Source of the DNA: Pseudonocardia sp.
Lineage (GTDB): Bacteria; Actinomycetota; Actinomycetes; Mycobacteriales; Pseudonocardiaceae
NCBI GenBank assembly: GCA_016794615.1
Contig: JAEUJO010000140.1
Span: 14,638 to 78,637 of the forward strand
Direction of reading: 5' to 3'
DNA: 64,000 nucleotides
A program made the position numbers and the translations under genes. Positions 11,797 to 25,128 of this stretch are shown one piece after another. The number at the start of each line of letters is the position of its first letter. Within the stretch, counting starts at the first letter, position 1. A model generated the notes under the pieces. It had not been told where the DNA came from. It did not search any database and worked only from the letters and a program-made list of their open reading frames with translations.

Positions 11797-11965
11797 GCCG
11801 GTTCGCGGGGCCGGAACACCCGTGAAGTCCCGCACCTGCACCGATTCGGGCACATGGGCACCGTGGTGGACGGTCCGGAGGGCGGTGCCGGGCAGGGCCG
11901 GTGGGGGCTAGCCTGGAGGACGAACCTCGCAACGACTATGCGATCCGATCAAGGCGGTTCTCAGC

Positions 11966-15727
<3,762 letters not shown>

Positions 15728-15749
15728 TCGTCTCGGCGGTGTAGGACCG

Positions 15750-15926
15750 ATGTACGCGACCGACCGAGGCATCGAGGAACTTCTGGAGCGCCGGGGCGAG
15801 GAGACGGTGAGCGTGGAGTGGCTGGCGGACCGGCTGCGCACGTTCGTCGACCTCAACCCGGCGTTCGAGGACGCCGTGGATCGCGTCGCGTGCTTCCTGG
15901 CCCGCGACGACGCGGACGACGAGTAG
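15750..15926 (+). CDS. Small conserved actinobacterial protein (DUF6104-like)
   Basis: MYATDRGIEELLERRGEETVSVEWLADRLRTFVDLNP directly after kgd; family name from recall. Confidence 0.75.
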   Translation: MYATDRGIEELLERRGEETVSVEWLADRLRTFVDLNPAFEDAVDRVACFLARDDADDE

Positions 15927-15929
15927 GGC

Positions 15930-16529
15930 CTACACCGCGTTCCGGTACGCCAGCGAGTCCGACGCGATCTCCTGCGCCCGGCCCGAGGCTTCCTCGAGCT
16001 CGTGCCGCAGCGCGAGGAAGTGGTCGGCCGCCACCTCCAGCTCGACCGGATCCCGGGACCGGGGTACGCGCCTGTCGATCTCCATCGCCCGTCGGGTGCA
16101 CTCCTCCAGCTCCGTCGGCAGGGCGGCGACCCTGGCGTGCAGCCCGGCGGCCGGCGACGAGTCGTCGAGCCCGACCAACGACCGCGCGTGCCCCGTCGCG
16201 CTGTCCGCGCTGTCGATCGCGGCCCGGAGGCCGGCGGTCAGGTCGTCGAGGTGGCCCTTCGCCCGGTCGAGCATGCGGCTGGCGTCGGCGTCGGCCGCGG
16301 CCACCTGGGCCTCGTGTTTCGCGGCCACGACGGCGTTCCCGACGGCAGCGGCCAGCACGGCGCGGTCCGCGTGCCGACGCGAGGACCGGATCGCGTCGAT
16401 GGCCTGCTGCGTGCTGCCGTGCCCGTACTCCGCCGCGAAGGACAGGTCGTACAGGGTCGCGCCCACCGACCGCTCGTCGGCGCCGATCGCGTCGGCACCG
16501 TCGCGCACCGCCTGGATGTCGGCCGGCAT
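15930..16529 (-). CDS. Helical hypothetical protein, last gene of the Esx-like/FtsK module
   Basis: 199 aa, Ala-rich helical pattern, TGATG-type coupling to the upstream gene at 16529. Confidence 0.7.
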   Translation of the reverse strand: MPADIQAVRDGADAIGADERSVGATLYDLSFAAEYGHGSTQQAIDAIRSSRRHADRAVLAAAVGNAVVAAKHEAQVAAADADASRMLDRAKGHLDDLTAGLRAAIDSADSATGHARSLVGLDDSSPAAGLHARVAALPTELEECTRRAMEIDRRVPRSRDPVELEVAADHFLALRHELEEASGRAQEIASDSLAYRNAV

Positions 16530-16885
16530 CAGCGCAGGAACGGCAGACGGCGCCGGATGGCGGCGAGCACGCCGTCCGCGGCGAGGTCGAGCTCCCGATC
16601 CAGCGCGTCGAGCTGCTCGGGGTCGGCGTCAGGAGCGGGGGCCGGGCGCGGCCGCAGGGTCAGCCAGGACTCCGCCCACAGGGCTTCGAGCACCGCCTCC
16701 CAGCGCAGCTCGAGGGCCAGCCGGGACATCGCGGCCCGGTCCTCGGCGCGCACCATGGCGTTGTCCAGCTCGACCAACCGGCGCTTGAGCGCAACCGCCT
16801 GCTCCCCGTCGTGCTCGCGCAGCCGGCCCGCGATGTCGGTGAGCTCGCCGACGATGTCCTTGTAGCGGCGCACGGCATCGCTCAC
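16529..16885 (-). CDS. Helical hypothetical protein
   Basis: GTG 16885 with a GAGGAGG SD; alternative in-frame GTG at 16954 overlaps the FtsK stop. Confidence 0.7.
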   Translation of the reverse strand: MSDAVRRYKDIVGELTDIAGRLREHDGEQAVALKRRLVELDNAMVRAEDRAAMSRLALELRWEAVLEALWAESWLTLRPRPAPAPDADPEQLDALDRELDLAADGVLAAIRRRLPFLR

Positions 16886-16950
16886 GGGGCCTCCTCGCTG
16901 ACGCTCGTCAACCCCGCGCCCGGCGGTGCTGCGTCGAATCGTGATCTCGC

Positions 16951-19734
16951 TCACGGGGCCCCCTCGTTCGGCGGGGCGTCCGGGTCGGCGAGCATGATCA
17001 CCTCAGGTCGGGAGTGCCGCGCCCGGTCGAACATCAGTGCCCGGCCGGGCCGCGGTGACCAGGTGGGCGGCAGGCCCGGGATGATCGTGCCCAGCTCGGC
17101 GCCCTGGACGTCGAGCCCGACCACGCAGCCCAGGTCGTCCGGGGACGCGCCGGAGGTGAGCAGGCTCCGCAGCCGCTGCGGGCTGCGCCACCAGCCGATC
17201 GTGTGGATCCCGACCTCGGGACCGGACCGCAGCACCTTCCGCAGCGCCTCGGTGCCGGCCCGCTCGAGCACGCTGTCGGCCGTGTCCGCGGCGTAGACCA
17301 CCAGGTAGGTGGGAGTACGGGCGTCACCGGCCAGGCGGCCGCCGATCTCCTCGGTCAGCTTCTCGATGCACGTCCGGAACTGGTGGAGCCGGACCGTGCA
17401 CACCTTGTGCCCGCTGAGCTCCCGTTCGAGGTCGGCGACGGCCGGGTCGGCCTCGATCGCCAGCGGGGCCAGGAAGAACCGGACGTCGTCGCGGTGGTGG
17501 TGCTGCGCGCCCAGCGACATCACCGCCGTGCCGAGCGTCGCCACCGCCTCGTCGAGCGACGTCCCGATCACCCCGATGTTGCGGCCCGGCGACCTCGGCA
17601 GCGGGACCGCCGCCGGGCTCAGGCCGACATCGATGCACTGCCCGAGCACGGCCCGCGGTGGCTGGGCGAACGGCCGCAGCCCGGCGATCAGCACATCGGT
17701 GCGCGGCGCCCGGCTGCCGTCGAACAGGCGTGGCGGCCCGAGCTCGCCCGCCGTGGCCGCGAAGTGCGCGTAGAGCTCCCGCTGCACCATCTCGACCGAG
17801 TCCCGGCCCGTCGCGTCGGGGATGCGGGCGATCTCGTTGCCGTGCGCGATGCCCGACTCGTGGTTGATCAGGGCATGCCAGCGCGGCAGCGTGAGAGTCG
17901 CGTCGTTGACGTCGGCCATGATCCGCCGGGCGCGCGGCAGCCCGATCCGCAGCACGAACTGCTCGAAGATTGCCGGACGGCCCCAGAACGCCTCGATGCC
18001 GGACACGTCCTGGCTGGCCAGCACCAGGTGGATGCCCTGCGAGCGGCCGCGCCGAGCCACGTCCTCCAGCAGCCGGATCGACTCGCGGGTGACGGCGTCG
18101 CGCTCGGCGAACAGGAACTGGAACTCGTCGATCACCGCGACGATCCGCGGCCAGCGCCCCTCCGGGTCCGCCAGGCGGATCTCCTCCAGCTTGGTGACCT
18201 CGTGGGACTTCGCGACCTCGGCGCGGTGACGCATCTCGTCGGCCAGGTGCCGGAGCAGCGCGAGGCCGAACTCCCGGTCGGTGTTGATGTTGACCCCGAT
18301 CAGGCGCGCGTGCGGCAGCCACGTCGGGTCCCGGCGCCCGGGCGCGAACTGGGCGAACGACACGCCCTCCTTGAAGTCGAGCAGGTAGAACTCCAGCTCG
18401 TCCGGGGAGTACCGGGCGGCCATCGAGGCGATCATCGCGAGCAGCAGGTTCGTCTTGCCCGAGCCGCTCGGGCCGCCCACCAGGGCGTGCGGCGACGCGT
18501 CGCCCAGCGTCAGTTCCACCGGTATCCCCTCGGCGAACCCGACCGGAGCGATCAGCCCGGACCGCGACCTGTCCGTCCCCCACTTGTGGTCCGGGGGCAG
18601 GAGGTCGTGGAAGGTGCCGACCCGCGTGCGCAGGCGCTCGTGCTCGGCGACGATGTCGTGGCTGGCCGCCGTCAGCTCGGCCCGCGACAGTGGCGGGTCG
18701 GGGAGCACGGTGACGTGCGGTCCGGTCATCGACGTCGTGGCCACAACCCGCGCCGCGGGGGGCCGGACGCTGACCTCGGCCAGCCGGACGGTCTCGACGG
18801 GGGCCGCGATCATCAGCGGGACGTCGACCAGCACGACCGAGATCCCGCACGCCGGCCCGCCGCGCAGCACCCGCTGGAGCTGGCGCTGGTCGTCGTCGGC
18901 CAGGGCTTTGCGGTTGCCGAGCAGCACCGCGACGATCCACGGCTCCGTGCGGGTGCCGGTCTCCCGGGCGTGCTCGGCCAGCGACGGCAGGCCGCCGACC
19001 AGCACGCGGGTGTGCACCCGCCGGATCCGGTCGGACAGGTCGGTGAGCAGCCCATCGAGGTTCCCGGGATCGTGCACGGTGAGCACGCCGGTGCTGGTCA
19101 GCGGGTAGAGGCCGGGCAGCGAGCCGGTGAACTGGCCGACGTCCCAGACGTGCAGCTGGACGAGCCCGGGGCGGAAGTACCCGACCACCCGCATGAGCAG
19201 CGACTCGACCATCGCCTCGGCCGTGGCCCGCGTCTCGGGCGGCCCGGTGATCTCCAGGTGCGACCTGTCGAGCAGCGGCACGGCGACCGGGAAGCCCTCA
19301 CAGCCGCCGCCGACCTCCCCCGTGCCGATCCGCCACAGCTCGGGCGCCTGGGCGTCGATCCCGGCCGTGCCGACCCCGAGCCAGCCGTCGGCGGCGCCGG
19401 CCGAGCGCGGTGCGGCCCCGGCGACGAGGTCGACGAGGCGTGCGGGACCGGACGCCTCCCCTGCGCACCACGAGGCGAACGCGGTGTCGCGGTCGTGGGC
19501 GACCCGCTCGACCGCGCCCGCCAGCGCCGGGTTGGTCAGAACGCCGGCGAGCTGCGGGTCGACACGGGCGGCGTCGATGCCGGTCTCGCGCAGCCACAGC
19601 TCCGCCATCACCTCGGCGTGCGCCCGGGCCGCGGCGTCTCTGTGTCGTTCCACCGCTCCGAGCACAGCCCCCATCGCGGCGTGGAAGGCGTCGAAAGCCT
19701 TCCGAATCCGCTCGCGCCGGGCCCGTCGCGCCAT
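16951..19734 (-). CDS. FtsK/SpoIIIE-domain ATPase (EccC-like, no obvious TM segment)
   Basis: Walker A GGPSGSGKT, LLDFKEG, Walker B VIDEFQ, RRGRSQGIHLVLASQ, a degenerate second ATPase module at the C-terminus, and a GGGAGG SD. Confidence 0.88.
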   Translation of the reverse strand: MARRARRERIRKAFDAFHAAMGAVLGAVERHRDAAARAHAEVMAELWLRETGIDAARVDPQLAGVLTNPALAGAVERVAHDRDTAFASWCAGEASGPARLVDLVAGAAPRSAGAADGWLGVGTAGIDAQAPELWRIGTGEVGGGCEGFPVAVPLLDRSHLEITGPPETRATAEAMVESLLMRVVGYFRPGLVQLHVWDVGQFTGSLPGLYPLTSTGVLTVHDPGNLDGLLTDLSDRIRRVHTRVLVGGLPSLAEHARETGTRTEPWIVAVLLGNRKALADDDQRQLQRVLRGGPACGISVVLVDVPLMIAAPVETVRLAEVSVRPPAARVVATTSMTGPHVTVLPDPPLSRAELTAASHDIVAEHERLRTRVGTFHDLLPPDHKWGTDRSRSGLIAPVGFAEGIPVELTLGDASPHALVGGPSGSGKTNLLLAMIASMAARYSPDELEFYLLDFKEGVSFAQFAPGRRDPTWLPHARLIGVNINTDREFGLALLRHLADEMRHRAEVAKSHEVTKLEEIRLADPEGRWPRIVAVIDEFQFLFAERDAVTRESIRLLEDVARRGRSQGIHLVLASQDVSGIEAFWGRPAIFEQFVLRIGLPRARRIMADVNDATLTLPRWHALINHESGIAHGNEIARIPDATGRDSVEMVQRELYAHFAATAGELGPPRLFDGSRAPRTDVLIAGLRPFAQPPRAVLGQCIDVGLSPAAVPLPRSPGRNIGVIGTSLDEAVATLGTAVMSLGAQHHHRDDVRFFLAPLAIEADPAVADLERELSGHKVCTVRLHQFRTCIEKLTEEIGGRLAGDARTPTYLVVYAADTADSVLERAGTEALRKVLRSGPEVGIHTIGWWRSPQRLRSLLTSGASPDDLGCVVGLDVQGAELGTIIPGLPPTWSPRPGRALMFDRARHSRPEVIMLADPDAPPNEGAP

Positions 19735-19800
19735 CGTGTTGCACCTCCCTGGATGCACCGCCCCGGTCGGGTACCCACACCCGTCGTAGATCCATCCAGG

Positions 19801-20061
19801 TCAGAGGCGGTTCGCGACTCCCTCGAACTCGTCCAGCGCCGACCGCACCTGCTGGCGCGCCTCGTCGATCTTGCTGATCGCCTCGGCCATCTGGTTGTGC
19901 GCCTGCTCGGCCTCCGACTGTTGGCTGCCCTCCGTTCCCTGCCGCAGCCCGTTCTGCGCGTCCTCCAGCGACCGGTGGGCCGACTCCAGTTCGGTCAGGG
20001 CCTGATCCGCGCTGTGGTGCGCAGCCATGATCGCAGACCGGGCTTCCTCGATGTTCGGCAT
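19801..20061 (-). CDS. Small helical hairpin protein, Esx/WXG100-like
   Basis: 86 aa, two predicted helices around a central GTEG (not WXG), first gene of the FtsK operon. Confidence 0.65.
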   Translation of the reverse strand: MPNIEEARSAIMAAHHSADQALTELESAHRSLEDAQNGLRQGTEGSQQSEAEQAHNQMAEAISKIDEARQQVRSALDEFEGVANRL

Positions 20062-20090
20062 GGACGCCGATGCCCCACTTTCCTCACGTC

Positions 20091-20136
20091 GTCACCGCTG
20101 ATACTCGTCACCGCTGATACAGGTCACCGCTGATAC
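20091..20136. repeat. Three perfect 14-bp direct repeats with 16-bp period
   Basis: GTCACCGCTGATAC at 20091, 20107 and 20123. Confidence 0.9.
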
Positions 20137-20323
20137 ACGGCCGGTGCGCACCTTATTGCCAGTACACGCCACGGCAGCGAGCGCCCGCAGCGGCTGAGTG
20201 AGTGACCGCGCAATTGCACGGCGTGCCCGGAGGTCGTCCCGTTCCGGCCCGCCCGAGCACTTGCCTCCGCCCGCGCGGAGGTCCAGGGTGATCTCTTCGG
20301 TAGGAGAGTCGGGGGAGGTTGCC

Positions 20324-21172
20324 ATGCCTGGGTCGGGTGTCGTGCGAGCGGCGATCCTGCAGGCGAAGTGGACCGGCGACACAGCGTCGATGATCGAGGT
20401 CCACGAGACCTACGCGCGCGGGGCCGCGCAGCAGGGCGCGAAGATCATGGGCTTCCAGGAGGTCTTCAACTCGCCCTACTTCTGCCAGGTCCAGGAGGCC
20501 GAGCACTACCGCTGGGCCGAGCCCGTTCCGGACGGGCCGACGGTCACGCGGATGCAGTCACTGGCGCGGGAGACCGGGATGGTGCTGGTCGTCCCGGTGT
20601 TCGAGATCGAGAGCGCCGGCAACTACTACAACACCGCAGCGGTGATCGACGCCGATGGCACCGTGCTCGGCAAGTACCGCAAGCACCACATCCCGCAGGT
20701 CAAGGGGTTCTGGGAGAAGTACTACTTCAAGCCGGGCAACCTCGGCTGGCCGGTCTTCGAGACCGCGGTCGGCACCATCGGCGTCTACATCTGCTACGAC
20801 CGGCACTTCCCCGAGGGCTGGCGGGCGCTGGGGCTGGCCGGGGCGCAGGTCGTGTTCAACCCGTCCGCCACGAGCCGCGGGCTCTCGTCCTACCTGTGGA
20901 AGCTGGAACAGCCGGCCGCCGCGGTGGCGAACGAGTACTTCGTCGCGGCGATCAACCGGGTGGGCATCGAGGAGTACGGCGACGACGACTTCTACGGCAC
21001 CAGCTACTTCGTCGACCCGCGCGGCCAGTTCGTCGGGGACGTCGCGTCCTCCCACGACGAGGAGCTGGTCGTCCGCGACCTGGACCTCGACATGATCGAC
21101 GAGGTGCGCCAGACCTGGGCGTTCTACCGCGACCGGCGCCCGGACGCGTACGGATCGTTGGTGCAGTCATGA
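20324..21172 (+). CDS. Nitrilase-family carbon-nitrogen hydrolase (beta-ureidopropionase-like)
   Basis: Catalytic triad motifs FQEVF, YRKHHIP and ICYDRHFPE; clustered with hydA. Confidence 0.9.
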   Translation: MPGSGVVRAAILQAKWTGDTASMIEVHETYARGAAQQGAKIMGFQEVFNSPYFCQVQEAEHYRWAEPVPDGPTVTRMQSLARETGMVLVVPVFEIESAGNYYNTAAVIDADGTVLGKYRKHHIPQVKGFWEKYYFKPGNLGWPVFETAVGTIGVYICYDRHFPEGWRALGLAGAQVVFNPSATSRGLSSYLWKLEQPAAAVANEYFVAAINRVGIEEYGDDDFYGTSYFVDPRGQFVGDVASSHDEELVVRDLDLDMIDEVRQTWAFYRDRRPDAYGSLVQS

Positions 21173-22509
21173 GCGAGGACCTGCTCGCCCGCACCCGGGC
21201 CGCCCTGCCGAGCTGGCTCGCGATCTACTACGACGAGCCGATCGAGATCGAGCGCGGCGAAGGCCGGCACGTGTGGGACACCGACGGTCGCCCCTACCTC
21301 GACTTCTTCGGCGGCATCCTCACCACGATGACCGCGCACGCGCTCCCGGAGGTGACCGCCGCGGTCGCCGAGCAGGCCGGGAAGATCCTCCACTGCTCGA
21401 CGCTCTACCTCAACACGCCGATGGTGGAGCTGGCCGAGGAGATCGCCCGGGTCTCGGGCATCCCCGACGCCAAGGTGTTCTTCACGACGTCGGGCACCGA
21501 GGCGAACGACACGGCGCTGCTGCTGGCCAGCTCGTACCGCCGGAGCAACCAGCTCCTCGCGATGCGCAACAGCTACCACGGCCGGTCGTTCTCCACGATC
21601 GCGATCACGGGGAACCGGAACTGGTCAGCGACCTCGCTCTCGCCGTTCCAGACCTACTACGTGCACGGGGGCAACCGCTTCCGCAGCCCGTTCGCGGGCC
21701 TGGCGGACGCCGAGTTCGTCGACGCGTGCGTCGGGGACCTGCGCGAGGTCCTCGACCAGGCGGGCGGCGACGTCGCGGCGCTGATCGCCGAGCCGATCCA
21801 GGGGGTCGGCGGGTTCACCCACGGGCCCGACGGGCTGCTCGGCGCGTTCGCCAAGGAGCTGGGCGAGCACGGCATCCTGTGGATCAGCGACGAGGTGCAG
21901 ACGGGCTGGGGCCGCACCGGCGAGCACTTCTGGGGCTGGCAGGCGCACGCCCAGGGCGGCGCGACCCCGGACATCGTCACCTTCGCCAAAGGCATCGGGA
22001 ACGGCCTGTCCGTCGGCGGGGTCATCGCCCGCGCCGAGATCATGGACTGCCTCCGCAGCAACTCGATCTCGACGTTCGGTGGCTCGCCGATCACCGCGGC
22101 AGGGGCGCTGGCCAACCTGCGGTACCTGCTGGCGCACGACCTGCAGGGCAACGCCGCGAAGGTCGGCCCGATCCTGCTCGACGGGCTGGGCTCGCTCTCG
22201 AGCCCGATCGTCGGGGACGTCCGCGGCAAGGGGCTGATGATCGGTGTCGAGCTGGTCCGGCCCGACACCGGCACCCCGGGCGAGCCCGCGCCGGAACTGG
22301 CGAGCGCCGTGCTCGAGGCGGCGAAGCGGCACGGGCTGCTGATCGGCAAGGGCGGCCTGTACGCGAACGTGCTGCGTGTCACACCGCCGCTGACGTTGAC
22401 CCCGCAGGAGGCGGCCGAGGGGCTCGCGCTGCTCGTCGCGTCGATCGAGGAGGCGGCCGCCGGGCTCGCGCCCGGCGCGTCGCGCGAGGAGGAAGTGATC
22501 GCGCCATGA
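21169..22509 (+). CDS. Class III PLP aminotransferase (beta-alanine transaminase-like)
   Basis: SGTEAND, YHGRS, AEPIQG, DEVQTGWGRTG and FAKGIGNG; ATGA overlap with the nitrilase gene. Confidence 0.9.
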   Translation: MSEDLLARTRAALPSWLAIYYDEPIEIERGEGRHVWDTDGRPYLDFFGGILTTMTAHALPEVTAAVAEQAGKILHCSTLYLNTPMVELAEEIARVSGIPDAKVFFTTSGTEANDTALLLASSYRRSNQLLAMRNSYHGRSFSTIAITGNRNWSATSLSPFQTYYVHGGNRFRSPFAGLADAEFVDACVGDLREVLDQAGGDVAALIAEPIQGVGGFTHGPDGLLGAFAKELGEHGILWISDEVQTGWGRTGEHFWGWQAHAQGGATPDIVTFAKGIGNGLSVGGVIARAEIMDCLRSNSISTFGGSPITAAGALANLRYLLAHDLQGNAAKVGPILLDGLGSLSSPIVGDVRGKGLMIGVELVRPDTGTPGEPAPELASAVLEAAKRHGLLIGKGGLYANVLRVTPPLTLTPQEAAEGLALLVASIEEAAAGLAPGASREEEVIAP

Positions 22510-23930
22510 CCGGCACGGTGATCCGCGGCGGTCTGGTGATCACCGCGGCGGAGGAGACGTCCGCGGACGTGCTGATCGAGGACGGGACCGTCGTCGCGTT
22601 GGCGGCCACCGGGTCGTCCGTGGCGCAGTCGTGGAGGGCCGACACCGAGATCGATGCGGCCGGGTGCTACGTCGTTCCCGGCGGGGTCGACGGCCACACC
22701 CACATGGAGATGCCCTTCGGCGGGACGACGGCGTCGGACACGTTCGAGACCGGCACCCGCGCAGCCGCGTGGGGCGGCACGACCACGATCGTCGACTTCG
22801 CGATCCAGCAAGCCGCGGCGAGCCGCGACGACGGCAGGGCCGGCTCGCTGCGGGCGGGGCTCGACGCCTGGCACGCCAAGGCCGACGGCAACTGCGCGAT
22901 CGACTACGCGTTCCACATGATCATGGCCGATGTCAACGAGAGTTCGCTCAAGGAGATGGAGGCCCTGGTCGGCGAGGGGGTCACCAGCTTCAAGCTGTTC
23001 ATGGCCTACCCCGGCGTCTTCTACAGCGACGACGGCCAGGTCCTGCGTGCCTTCCAGAAGGGCGCCGAGACCGGCGGCCTGATCCTCATGCACGCCGAGA
23101 ACGGCATCGCCATCGACGTGCTGGTCGAGCAGGCGCTCGCCCGGGGGCAGACCGACCCGCGCTACCACGGCGTCGTCCGCCACGAGCTGCTCGAGGCCGA
23201 GGCGACGCACCGGGCGATCACGCTGGCGCAGGTCGCGAACGCGCCCGTCTACATCGTGCACCTGTCGGCCGAGAAGGCGCTGGCGGAGGTCGCGAGGGCG
23301 CGCGACGAGGGGTACAACGCGTTCGCCGAGACCTGCCCGCAGTACCTGTTCCTGTCCTACGACGACCTCGCCCGGCCCGGGTTCGAGGGCGCCAAGTACG
23401 TCTGCTCGACCCCGCTGCGGCCCCGCGAGCACCAGGCGGCGCTGTGGCGGGGGCTGCGCACGAACGACCTGTCGGTGGTCTCGACCGACCACTGCCCGTT
23501 CTGCTTCACACCCCAGAAGGAGATGGGGCTGGGCGACTTCTCCAAGATCCCGAACGGGCTGCCGGGCGTCGAGCACCGGATGGACCTGCTGCACCAGGGG
23601 GTCGTCGACGGGCACATCTCCCGCCGCCGGTGGATCGAGCTGGCCTGCGCGACCCCGGCCCGGATGTTCGGGCTCCACCCGCGCAAGGGCACGATCGCCC
23701 CGGGCGCGGACGCGGACGTCGTCGTCTACGACCCGGCCGCGACGCAGGTGCTGTCGGCGGCGACGCACCACATGAACGTCGACTACTCCTGCTACGAGGG
23801 CCGGGAGATCACCGGCCGGGTGCGGACGGTGCTCTCCCGCGGGCGGGTCGTTGTCGATGACGGGGAGTACCGGGGCGCGGCCGGGCACGGGCGGTTCCTG
23901 AAGCGCGACACGTGCCAGTACCTGACGTGA
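22506..23930 (+). CDS. hydA: Dihydropyrimidinase
   Basis: DGHTH, SFKLFMAY (carbamylated Lys), HAEN, VHLS, ETCPQYL and STDHCPF. Confidence 0.93.
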   Translation: MTGTVIRGGLVITAAEETSADVLIEDGTVVALAATGSSVAQSWRADTEIDAAGCYVVPGGVDGHTHMEMPFGGTTASDTFETGTRAAAWGGTTTIVDFAIQQAAASRDDGRAGSLRAGLDAWHAKADGNCAIDYAFHMIMADVNESSLKEMEALVGEGVTSFKLFMAYPGVFYSDDGQVLRAFQKGAETGGLILMHAENGIAIDVLVEQALARGQTDPRYHGVVRHELLEAEATHRAITLAQVANAPVYIVHLSAEKALAEVARARDEGYNAFAETCPQYLFLSYDDLARPGFEGAKYVCSTPLRPREHQAALWRGLRTNDLSVVSTDHCPFCFTPQKEMGLGDFSKIPNGLPGVEHRMDLLHQGVVDGHISRRRWIELACATPARMFGLHPRKGTIAPGADADVVVYDPAATQVLSAATHHMNVDYSCYEGREITGRVRTVLSRGRVVVDDGEYRGAAGHGRFLKRDTCQYLT

Positions 23931-24009
23931 GCGAGCTTGCGAGCGAACCAATGTCACAGTACTTGCGCGGAGCGCCGACCGAGCGCAGCGAGGGAGAGTG
24001 ATTCGCTCC

Positions 24010-25011
24010 ATGGACATCGGGCTCGTGTTGCAGACCGACCCGCCGGGTCGGGCGGTCGTCGACCTGCTGGTGCGCGCGGAGGAGCTGGGGTTCAGCCACG
24101 GCTGGACGTTCGACTCGCACGTGCTCTGGCAGGAGCCGTACGTGATCGCATCGCAGGTGCTGGCACGGACCACCCGGCTGATGGTCGGCCCGATGGTGAC
24201 CAACCCGGCGACGCGCGACTGGACCGTCATCGCGTCGCTGCACGCGACGCTCAACGAGATGCACGGCAACCGGACGGTCTGCGGGATCGGCCGGGGCGAC
24301 TCCGCGGTGCGCGTGCAGGGCCGCAAGCCGACCAGCCTGGCCCAGGTCGAGGGCGCGATCCACGCGATCCGCGAGCTGGCCGAGGGGCGGTCGGTGGACA
24401 TCGAGGGGACCGAGATCCGCATCCCCTGGGTGCCCGACGGCGCGCGGCTCCCGGTGTGGATGGCCGGCTACGGGCCGAGGGCGCTGGAGCTGACCGGCCG
24501 CTGCGCGGACGGCTTCATCCTCCAGCTCGCCGACCCGTACCTCGTCGAGTGGACGGTGAAGTCGGTGCGCGCGGCCGCGGAGGCGGCGGGCCGGGACCCC
24601 GAGTCGCTGACGATCTGCGTGGCCGCACCGGCGTACGTCGGTGCGGACCTCACGCATGCGCGGGACCAGTGCCGCTGGTTCGGCGGGATGGTCGGCAACC
24701 ACGTCGCGGACCTCGTCGCCCGCTACGGCGATCACTCCGGTGCCGTGCCGGCCGAGCTGACCGGCTACATCAAGGGCCGCCGGGGCTACGACTACAGCCA
24801 CCACGGCAAGGCCGGGAACCCGTCGACGACCTTCGTGCCCGACGAGGTCGTGGACCGGTTCTGCCTGCTCGGCCCGCCGTCGGCGCAGCTGGAGCGGCTG
24901 GCGGAGCTGCGCGGGCTGGGGGTGGACCAGTTCGCGATCTACGCGATGCACGACGCCAAGGAGGCGACGATCGAGGCGTACGGGAGGTCGGTGCTCCCGG
25001 CGCTGCCCTGA
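24010..25011 (+). CDS. LLM-class F420-dependent oxidoreductase (TIGR03842-like)
   Basis: MDIGLVLQTDPP, WTFDSHVLWQEP, VTNPATRD and GIGRGDSA, in a pyrimidine-catabolism context. Confidence 0.85.
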   Translation: MDIGLVLQTDPPGRAVVDLLVRAEELGFSHGWTFDSHVLWQEPYVIASQVLARTTRLMVGPMVTNPATRDWTVIASLHATLNEMHGNRTVCGIGRGDSAVRVQGRKPTSLAQVEGAIHAIRELAEGRSVDIEGTEIRIPWVPDGARLPVWMAGYGPRALELTGRCADGFILQLADPYLVEWTVKSVRAAAEAAGRDPESLTICVAAPAYVGADLTHARDQCRWFGGMVGNHVADLVARYGDHSGAVPAELTGYIKGRRGYDYSHHGKAGNPSTTFVPDEVVDRFCLLGPPSAQLERLAELRGLGVDQFAIYAMHDAKEATIEAYGRSVLPALP

Positions 25012-25128
25012 TCCGACCAACCCGCGGCCGGGTCCGCCGCTCCGACGCACCCGCGCGTCGGGTGCCCCCGACCGAGCACCCCGGACGCGCGTGTGGCGGT
25101 CTCCGGCAGCCGGCGCGTACGAACGCCG

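Noticed and set aside
16951-19734. This FtsK as a second TraB or a chromosomal FtsK
   Set aside because: No N-terminal TM segments, no gamma/winged-helix end, and no mobile-element genes or 8-mer cluster nearby.
15930-20061. Complete type VII secretion locus
   Set aside because: No EccB/D/E, mycosin or canonical WXG motif in the window.
20091-20136. Possible mini-CRISPR
   Set aside because: 14-bp repeats with 2-nt spacers are far outside CRISPR dimensions.
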